Assembly (NCBI GenBank): GCA_010093815.1
Contig: ML996585.1
DNA length: 64,000 nucleotides
From: Pseudovirgaria hyperparasitica
Taxonomy: Eukaryota
Direction: 5' to 3' (one strand)
How positions within the stretch are numbered: position 1 is the stretch's first letter; each line of letters begins with the position of its first letter. The notes beneath the pieces were generated by a model. The model saw nothing but the letters and a program-made list of their open reading frames with translations, was not told the DNA's origin and did not search any database. Positions 54,371 to 64,000 of this stretch are shown here, in pieces. The position numbers and the translations under genes were made by a program.

Positions 54371-57254
54371 TAGACCCGTATATATATACTAGAAGAAGCC
54401 CGATATATACTAGAAGAACCCCGGTATACGTCGGAAGAACCCCGGGAGAACCGCGATTATTAGTTAAGGGTAGCCCTTAACTAATAATCTCCGTACCTAC
54501 ACGTGCTGCCTAAGGGCAAACCATTATAATATAGACTATAGGCCCATAGGTAGCCCCTAGGGCTATATATATATAAAGAACGAGAGGATAGACAGAGCGT
54601 AGTCATGGATATGAGTAAGTTTTTTCTATTCGTAGGTTTCTTCTTATATAGTAGCTTAGACTAGAGGAGGTATACGCCTATAGAGTGGTACTCTACCTAG
54701 TTTACCAATATTATTATTATTATTATTATATTATTCTTTAGAAGCTCTAGGACGGAGACCTCTATCTAGACCCTAGGAAAAGTAAGTTTACTTATAAAAA
54801 GATTAAGTACCTTAGGTTTATTATATATACTAATAGAAAAGATATAGACTCTAATCTAGAGAAGCTAGAAGTAGTAAAGAACTAGTAGAAGCTAAATACC
54901 TAGAAGGAAGTATAATAGTTCCTTAGATTCTATAACTACTACCGGATATTTATTATAAACTATTCTAAGCTAGCCGGGCCTCTTACGGTACTTACTAGTA
55001 AGAATACTCTATTCTTCTAGAGAAAGAATAAGGAAGAGTTATTCCGGGCCCTAAAGGAGAAGTTCTTAGAGGCCCTAGTTATAGTATACTAGGACCCTTA
55101 TTAGAAGATATTTCTTAAGATAGACTATAGTAGATTTACGCTTAGAGGAGTACTACTTTAGAAAAATAAAGGAATTCTTAGACCTATTAGATTTTTCTTA
55201 TAGAAGCTAAATAAAGTAGAGATTAACTATAATATCTATAATAAGGAGATACTCGCTATAATCTTCTACTTAAAGTTCTAGAACTCTAAGTTAAAAGCGT
55301 ATAGTCCCTTTACTATATAGATAGACTATAAGAACCTTAAATACTTTATAATAAAGCGTTATCTATTAGAATACTAAATATAGTAGTACGAAACCTTATC
55401 TAAGTACTAGTTCTCTCTAGTTTACTAACTAGAATCTAAAGTAGTTATCCCTAATACTCTATCGAGATAGAAATAAGATATACTTAGAGTAGATAATAAA
55501 GAGTCTAGGTTCTATAGGTTTCTAGACCCTAAGAATATAAAAGATTAGCTAGTCCCTAAGGTAAGGCTATCGGTAGCCTATACTATTAACTTACTATTTA
55601 AGAATATATTACTAGGGACTAAGCCTATCTATAAAAAGCCGGCTTCCCTAGAACCTTTCTAGAACTACTCTCTAAATAATCTATAGACTATAATAGTAGA
55701 AAAGAACTTAATATACTAAACTATACTCCGTATAGTAACGGGAGAAGTATAGTTATTTCTAAGTAAGATAAAGCTAAAAGTCTAAGTAGTAGATTATAGT
55801 ATTAGCTTAGAGGGCTACCTTAACTACTATAGAAAATTATAGGTACTAGATATAAAGGTAACTACGGAAGCCGAGTATAAAGTACTAGGGCCTAGCGAGT
55901 TAGAAGGGGACGTTCTTTAGACTAAGCTTATCTAGTCTATATAACTTACTACTCTATAGCTATCTAGGCCGAGATTCTACCGCTTCTATACTAGTACGAA
56001 GCTTCTACTAGCCGCTATAGATAAGATATATAAGATAGTTTCTATAAAATTATAACTACTATAGGCGGAATAAGGTATAGTAGGAATAAAAACACGGACT
56101 TCTAAAGCCTCTTCTAGTCTCTAATTATTTCTTCTAGAAGATCTTAATAGACTTTATTACTAACCTACCTAGCTTAGAAGGGAACCGCTACTTATAGGTT
56201 ATTAAAGACCGCCTAAGTAAGACTATAGTATTATAAGCGATATCTACTATAAAGATAGAGAAATACACTAAGGTATTTATAGATTACTAGGTAAGATACT
56301 ATAGTATACCTTTAGTAATAACAAGCGATTAAGGAATAAACTAGACTAGCTATTTCTAGAAGACCTTTTATAGCCTTACCGGAGTAATCTAAAGACTAAG
56401 CTCTATATACTATCCTTAAATAGATAGAGACCTAGAGAGAATAAACTAGGAGATATAGAGCTACTTATGAAACTTTATTAATTAGAAATAGTCTAATTAG
56501 AAAACCTAGCTTCTAACTATATAACTAGTACTAAACGCGCGCTACTAAGTAGGGCTAGAAATAAGTCTATTCTTCGCTACCTATAGATATAATCTACTAT
56601 CCCCCGTGCCTCTATAGATAGAAGCTAACTCTAGTTTCTTACTCTCTACTAAATAAAGAGTAGAAACCTTTATAAAAAAGATAAAGAATATTACTAAGCT
56701 ATATTAAGTAAATATAGTAGAGGCCGCCTAAAAGTAAGAGAAGTCCGCGAATAGAAAGTAAACTCTAGTACTAGTATACCGCGTAGAAGATAAAGTATAG
56801 CTTAATTTAAGAAACTATATAATAAGTTAACTAAAAAACTTCTTACACCCTAACGGACCAAACTGGTCAATTCGGGGTAAAACAGCGATTTACATATATC
56901 AAACGATAGAGTACACCGAGTATAATAACCTCCAACACACGTGCGTATATATAGCGTATAATACGCGACGATACCGACGTATAGAGACACTATATACATA
57001 CGCTTAAAGACTCTTCGATAATACGAGTATAGACTATATCTAATAAACGCCAACACGCCGACCCCCTTTTATTAGTTAAGGGCTGCCCTTAACTAATAAT
57101 TATAGCGGCCTTAGGCACCGACGTACCTCGGCTTCTACCGGGTATACCCCTAATACTAGTATAGTAGAAATAGCTATATAGCGGCATATCCTAGGACGAT
57201 TAAACCCCCGTCTAATAAACGACGAATAACTAAGAGTATATAACGCTATAGATA

Positions 57255-58582
57255 ATAGAGACGGAGGGGACTCTACCCGGGGAGACCCTCCCGGATAAGA
57301 TTAACTACTAGGTAGTACGTGTAGAGGGGGAAGTCGAGAAGGGAGAAACGGCCCTCCTTAGTATCTTCCGGAACCTCGTCCGGAATATTAGAGAGCTTAC
57401 TATAGGAGTAAAATAGGCGCCGGAACTAGACCTAGAATCTAGACTAGATCGTATAGAGGCCAGCCTATAGAGGATCTAGGAGGGTCTTACCTAGGGAAAA
57501 CGCCCTAGCACGTGGACATAGATCGCCGCACCTATAAGCGGAATAGCTATATTAGCTAAAACACTAAGGGCACCCACGGACGGGGTATATAGTATATAAG
57601 TCGCTATCTAGAATAAAGAAGTACTTGTATAAGTCTAGTAAGCGTCCCTAAAGGATATTATAAATAAGATTAACGAATAGAAAGGGATATAGTTAAATAT
57701 AGTAGCCGCTAAACTCACCCTAGGAGGTATAGTACTAACTACTACTACTAACACGGCCTAGTAGACTATCTCGCGTAACCCGAACGCGATTAACGATATC
57801 TTCTCTAGCGCGTCCGTCCGCGTAACTACGTACCCGATATAGGTATATACTATCTCTATCTAAGGACACGTTATCGGAGAAGATAATATCGAGCGAATAG
57901 AGTAATCTAATAAACCGAAGTACCCCGGGATTAAGATCGCGAAGGCGTGGTAGAAGAACGTCTAGGGGATTAAGACAAAATTAAAAAAGTACTCTACTAT
58001 AATAGTGGAGCTTAGGGACCCCGCTCTCGTCTATAGAATAATATAGGAGGGCTTCCTAGCCGAAGGAGAGCTACTTACGGCGGAACTATAGGATAGGGCA
58101 TGGGTAATAACGCAATACTTCAACTATTAAGGATATAGGTATACTAGGTAGAGGTGCTCTTAGAAGACCGCCTATGGGTAGTATAAATAGGGCCATAATA
58201 CTAAGGAATACCCTTATAAGACGCAGAGCGACGAGACGCGAGATAGGGACACCGCTAAGTACTCTAACTACGACGGGAAATACCTATTCTAGTCGGTAAT
58301 ATATATGAAACGTAAGTAGGTCGTAGAATATATTAACGCGATAAAGATAAGAGGAGTGAGGTAGATATACTAAGCTATAAGGCTCTCGCTACCCTCGCCG
58401 CTATCCCTAACTTTACTTATAAATCTAGTAACTACCCCCCAAAGGGGAGAGGATAACGCGTAATAGTATACTATATAGAGAAAGATAGGCCGACCCCGGG
58501 GCATACTTAAAGCCGCTACCGCGCGAGGATAATTACGCCTTAGCGCCACTAACATATAGACTTAAACTTTCCCTAGCACCTA
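57255..58582 (+). pseudogene. L3 ORF1 (gag-like, CCHC knuckles)
   Basis: TQ(C)FN(C).GY.. knuckle at ~58110; colinear with L2 ORF1. Confidence 0.85.
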
Positions 58583-58589
58583 ATAAGGG

Positions 58590-61500
58590 TATAAGATATA
58601 CTTATTATTATATAGGCGAACGTATAATATAAACGAGAAAACTAAGCGACGCTCCTAGAAGAGATAGGAGCCGTAATAATAGCCATCTAGGAACTATATA
58701 AACACTACCAAACCAATAAGCTAATAACACACCTAGAATACTATACTATCCACCCTACGGGCCCGGATAGGAGAGTTATATTTTATATATATAAGTCGAT
58801 CCCGCTCTTAGAATGGTCTTATACCGAACGTAATAACCTCTAGATAACACTATATCTCTAGATAAGCATAGGGCCTCTCTATATCTATAACATCTATAAT
58901 TAATAGTAATTACTTACGCTAGACGATATACTCGAGGGCACCACGACGTCGGGATAACATATCCTCCTAGGCAACTTTAATCTCTACTATAGGTGGTAGG
59001 GAGGCCTAGCCGTCGCAAGAGAAGAACTTAGAGTAAGGAAACTATATACACGGTGCCACGACTTCCTATACCTCCTTATACCCGTAGGGTAGATTACCTA
59101 GAGGAAACATAAATAGGACGAGAATAGGTCTACGCTCGACCTTACCCTTGCTACTAAGTACATTAGCTATAGAGTATAGTACTACCGCCCGAGCCGGATA
59201 TAGACGGACTCCGACCACGAATATATAGAAACCGTAATAGACGTCTCTACTCTTAACGAATAACATAGGAAATAGCTATAGAAGGATACTAATTAGAATA
59301 AATACCTAGAGGACCTAGAATCGGCAATTCTAGACCTCTCTATAGTCGATATATCTAACGGCCTAGCCATAGATAAGGCCGTGCAAGTCCTTCTATAAGC
59401 ATACTAAGCTATAAGAGATAAACACGTGCTATACTAAATATATAGACCCCTAGAAGCGAGGGGTATACCTTAAATGCGAGAGTATAGAAGAGACGCCCGT
59501 AGACTATATACACGTGTATACTATATCTAGACGACTAAGGCGTAGGAAGAGTAGAAGAAAGTAGTGCGACATCGTGATAGGGCCCTCCGTAATAAACGAC
59601 GAAAATAATAGCGTATAATTACCGATAAACACACACGGTAAGCCGTAGGGCTATGGCGTATAGTAAAGTAGGCTAAGGGTATAGACGCGCTGACACCGCC
59701 GCTACTAATACCTCCTCTAATATACTAAGAAAGGATATACTCTATAAGCCCGGAGAAGACGGAGATCTTATATAAAGTTATGTTCCCCCTCCCGGAGCTA
59801 GTAGACCTATTAGATATTAATAATACTAAATATCTAGACGTAATTAATATCCCCTAAGAGGTTACCGAGGAGAATATACTTAACGCCGTTAAAGCACTCC
59901 CGAATGATAAGGCACCTAGACCGGATAGAATACTAAATAGGTGCCTTAAATGCACTATACCAGCTACCCTACCGCTCATTAGTTATATATTTTAAGCATG
60001 TATTAAGAACGGATACCACCCCTAAAGCTTCCGGGCCGTCTATACCGTTATACTCCCGAAACTAGGGAAGAACCCTAGCTCCCCGAAAGAATAGAGGCTA
60101 ATCGCCCTTCTCTTCTATCTCGGGAAGATACTAGAGGCTATGATTATAAAGAAGATAAGCGCCGTAGTATAGGAATATAATCTCCTTCTAGTAAACTAGA
60201 AGGCGAAGGCTAGAAGCTCCCTAATTACCGCTATCTAATATATCCTTAAAGTCGTCTAGACCGTATAGAAGTAGAGACGTATAGTAACGCTACTCTCCCT
60301 CGACATGGCCGGCGCATTCGATAAAGTAAACTATACGAGACTTATCTATAACTTACGGAAGAGGCGTATACCCACATGGATTACGCGGTTTATATAGTCC
60401 TTCCTCGCCGAAAGAGTTACCTAGATATATATTCCCGGATATTAAAGTAAGTACGAGAAGATAGCTTACGGCATCCTATAAGGAAGTACTATCTCCTTAA
60501 TTCTCTTTCTCTTCTTTACTATAGACCTCCTCTAGGGAATATAATATATAGAGGTAGTAGGATATGTAGACGATATATATCTTCTAGCCATTAATAATAA
60601 TACTAGCTAAATATATAGACGACTCGAATAAGACCACGGGAGATACGTCTAATGGGTAAAGCGCTACGGAGTAAAGTTCGCCCCCGAAAAGTACTAACTC
60701 ATGTACTTTATTAACCGCCGTAGGAAATAGGCTACTAGGGAAGGCGAGCGACGCCCTAGAATAGACGCCTTCGACGAACCGCCGATATAAAGTATACACG
60801 TACTTGGCGTCATGATCGATAATAAGCTTAAATAGGGACCATAGATAGTATACGCCGTTTCTAGGGCCCTCTAGATAGAAGCCGCTATACGACGGATTAT
60901 AGCCTCTATATAGGGAACCGCCCGGGATAAGGCACGCCAGCTATATATATCTATAGCACGACCCGCCTTTATATACGGACACGAGTGCTAGTACACGGCC
61001 CTTATATAGACTAGGCGAATAAAGCTTGAATCCATATAGAACCGTATACTCCGTCTTATATTAGGCGTATATAAAGCTACTAATACGGTGCTACTACGAC
61101 GCGAGATAGACATTATAAGTATATATAACTTCTACTAGACATAGAGGGTAGTATACTTCACTAAATAATAAGTATAGGAACGTATAGAAAATATAGAATA
61201 TACCTTCGCCGCGCTACGCGCGCGAGTTAGCGTATACTACTAAGTACTCTTATATATAGGCCGGACTCGACTACGGTATAAGTGCCCGATAGAAATAGAC
61301 TTGAACTAAGTAGTATAAGAGATTAAGGATAATCTAGATACCCTTCTAGACTAATAGAGCCTTCGAGAGCTCGGACGAAGTATACGGTCGTAGATCTAAG
61401 ATAAGTAGAAAGAGACACTCTAGGCCTAGTAGGCCTCCTAGTAGAATAGATACCTAGAGTAGATCCGAGGACTATAGAAGGAGCCGAGTAAATAGATGTA

Positions 61501-61790
61501 TAAAGGGCTTATAAAGGCCTAGGTATCTATACTCCTCTAAGCCTAAACAGGCGCTATAGAACTCCTATACTACCTCTATAAGAGAGGCGTCTCTAATATG
61601 TCTCTATAGTATAAGGCGTACGGCCGGAGAGGTATAATACGCTACTATCTCGTAATATACCCTAATCTTCACACGTAAAGGTAGAAGCTTATCTATATAA
61701 TAAGAACCTCCGATATCGTACGATGGCTTAATAAGTACCCTAAGGAAGTCGCCCGGTAGATAATTATATACCTACCACTCCTCTAATTCT
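58590..61790 (+). pseudogene. L3 ORF2 (AP endonuclease, RT, C-terminal CCHC)
   Basis: DSDH ~59209; LDMAGAFD ~60298; GY(A)DD ~60560. Confidence 0.9.
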
Positions 61791-62689
61791 AGTAGACCTA
61801 GAAATATATACCGGAAGGAACCCGGTATACATTAGAGGAAACCCGGTATATACCGGAAGAATCCCTTAACTAATAACCTCCGCACCTATACGTGCTACCT
61901 AAGGGTAAAATAACGGTAATATAGGCTATAGGCTAATAGGTGTACCCTATGGCTATATACTTACGAAGAAACAAAGGTTTAACGAGATGTAATTATCGAC
62001 ATAAGGAAGTTTTCCCCTCTTGGGTTTCTTCTTATATAGTAGCTTAGACTAGAGGAGGCATAGGCCTATAGAGTACTACTCTACCTAGTTATATAATATT
62101 ATTATTATTATTATAATAAGTTAACTAAAGAAGAACCTAGACTTAAAGTACGCGAAATATACCGTAGATAAAGTTCTATTACTAGTATCTATTAGACTAA
62201 GGGGGCTCTCTAGTAATATCTACCTAGTATTCTATATAGATCTACTTAGACTAGCTAGCGAAGACCCTCTACCTAGATAGAAGACTAATAATAAATAACC
62301 GGACTCTATACTTATTAAGATATATAAAGAGTAGTAAGTTAAAGAGATACTATATACTAGGAATAAAGGGCGAGGACATAGAAGAGAAGTTCTAGTAAAA
62401 TAGACTAGATACCACGACCTAATATAGGAACCCTTAGTAAATCTAACGGATACCGCCGTATTAGATAAGTTTAAATAGAAGTTTAGACCTACTAAGATAA
62501 ATAATAGTCTACTAGAGTAGTAGACTATGAAGAAAAAGAAGGTATCCGCCTAGTAATCTACGGAATATATAAATAAAGAAGAGGAAGACTATATAGTCTT
62601 AAGAGAGAATAGAAAAGAAATTTATTCTATAGAAAGAAAAGAATAAAAAAAAAGAGAGAGAACTAAATACTAAAGGAAAAGGTCTAGAG

Positions 62690-63434
62690 ACCGGTATATT
62701 CTAATAGACCTATAGATTAGTCTAATAGGGCCCTAATACTAACACTAGAGGAATACCGCCTATACTATAATAGAAGATTAGTAAGAGAATTCGACCGGAG
62801 TCTAGGATTAAACTTATATTTAACCCTACTAGACTACTTTATTAGTTACCTAGGTAGTTATCTAGAAGGTAATAGTACTAAAAGCGTAGTTAGTAATTAT
62901 TTATCTAGAGAGTCTAAATAGTCTTATATAGGAAGTAGACTAGCTACTTATAAAGGCTATAAAGCCTTTACGGCTTTTAGAACCTAGGTAAGATTCTTAT
63001 AGATATCTAGTCTAAACTAACCGTTAGCTAGGCGTTAAAATATAGAACTAGAAGAGAAAAGAACTTACGCCCTAGTATTAGCCGACTAAGTCTATACTAT
63101 ATAAGTAATATAAGTAATCTCTAGCCTAAAACACTCGGTTAGTAGTTATTATAATAAGGGTTTCTAAGTTAGCTTATAGATTCTAGTAATTTACTCTTCT
63201 TAGGGTATAACAAGCGTAGAAGCGACTTTAGTTTAACTAAGTAAATTAGTAGAGCCCGACGTAAATAATACGGAGTCTAATACGTACTACTTAGTTAGTA
63301 TAGTCTTTACTAGCTAGGGTATAGCCCTAGTAGTAGATAATATTATTTATCTATAGAACCTAAGCGTTAGTAACTAGACTCCGACTAGATAAGAAGAGAG
63401 AATCTAATCTTATAACGGAGAAGGACGAGGTTAT
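62690..63434 (-). pseudogene. B2 antisense spliced Cys-rich accessory gene
   Basis: Continuous minus frame from 63434 (only TAA/TAG breaks) to a GTAAGT donor at 63068; GCTAAC branch; acceptor at 63017 or 63012; intact TGT at 63210-63212. The 3' end is approximate. Confidence 0.55.
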
Positions 63435-64000
63435 TAAGGTCTAGAAAAATAGAAGAGAAACTATACCTTTATACTTAGGACTCTTAAAATTATAAATAGA
63501 TCTTCGTGAATAAGATATTATAAATAGAATATCTATAATATATAAATATCTATTTATATATAACTCTAAAAATATATAAATAACCCTTATTCACGTACTC
63601 TTAATAGACGAGTAAATAGTCACGGCGTACGTAATAATAGGTACCCTATTAACTAAGAAGTACCTAGTAAGGGATAGATTAATATAAAAATAGTCCTTAA
63701 TTGAATAACTAAACTCTTTCTTCTATATACTTAATAATAGATCTAAGGCCTAAGAAGATATAGGGCTAAGGCCTAAGAAGGTATAGGGCTAAATTAAAGT
63801 AGATACACGGACGGTAAGTCTAATAGGATTTCACTAGACTTACTACGCGAATATATATATTAAGTCTAAGTAGTCTAGCTTATAGAGAGTACTATACACG
63901 GTAGTAATAGAGGCTACTACTATTCTATAATAATAATTATAACTACTAGAGTAATAATAGGCACCACCACGTTAGAAAGCTATTCTTAGATAGACGGCTA

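Larger units (their letters stand above)
49427..54726 (+). mobile_element. Tad-like LINE L2, full length, inserted in the B2 RT
   Basis: TSD of up to 14 bp, TATATTATTCTTTA (49413-49426 / 54727-54740); (TAT)n tail; ORF1 and ORF2 remnants. Confidence 0.95.
56836..62111 (+). mobile_element. Tad-like LINE L3, full length, inserted downstream of the B2 integrase core
   Basis: TSD of up to 18 bp, TATAATAAGTTAACTAAA (56818-56835 / 62112-62129); (TAT)n tail. A diverged relative of L2. Confidence 0.95.
1..64000. other. RIP-mutated AT-rich transposon block (heterochromatin-like)
   Basis: TpA is strongly enriched and CpA/TpG depleted by eye. Paired copies differ mainly by C->T/G->A, and reading frames are broken almost only by TAA/TAG at expected Gln/Trp positions. 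Confidence 0.97.
38876..64000 (+). mobile_element. Gypsy chromovirus family B, copy B2, split by A2, L2 and L3 (segments 38876-40746, 48575-49426, 54727-56835, 62112-64000; 3' LTR beyond the window)
   Basis: LTR 38876-39090 inserted in the D LTR after CTATC; YID(D) ~49353; RNase H and integrase 55100-56800; chromodomain ~62330-62470 (EVLVK(W)T.Y...(W)EPL). Confidence 0.92.

Noticed and set aside
50219..60799. Seven short minus-strand track ORFs
   Set aside because: Antisense shadows of the L2/L3 coding regions or 5' UTR, with no independent evidence.
1..62111. One large inverted segmental duplication (A, B, C and the LINEs all occur in both orientations)
   Set aside because: Each copy has its own insertion junction and host, indicating independent insertions.
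1..64000. CRISPR arrays, prokaryotic operons, Starship or DNA-transposon genes
   Set aside because: No repeat-spacer array, tyrosine recombinase or transposase motif was recognised. Retroelements explain the sequence.

Overview
Gene-free, AT-rich, RIP-mutated (CpA->TpA / TpG->TpA) nested transposon block, almost certainly from a filamentous ascomycete. No intact host gene is present. Nearly every base can be assigned to five Ty3/Gypsy LTR retrotransposon families (my labels A, B, C, E = chromodomain-bearing; D = 765-bp LTRs, no chromodomain seen) or to three Tad-like LINEs (L1-L3). There are two assembly gaps. Junctions, LTRs and target-site duplications give the layout: A1 in L1; a tandem D dimer sharing a middle LTR that hosts C1 (containing E), C3/C2, B1 and B2; B2 hosts A2, L2 and L3. 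Two junctions lack matching TSDs and imply LTR-mediated deletions. The most interesting signal is between pol and the 3' LTR: families A, C and E each carry an antisense, intron-containing accessory gene whose de-RIPped product has a Zn2Cys6-like cluster ending C-x2-C-x6-C-L-Q, and family B carries a different Cys-rich antisense spliced gene. All four chromoviruses also show a self-priming (Tf1-type) PBS, and the LINEs show conserved 5'/3' complementarity. All protein readings were done by eye with RIP reversal, and coding coordinates are approximate.
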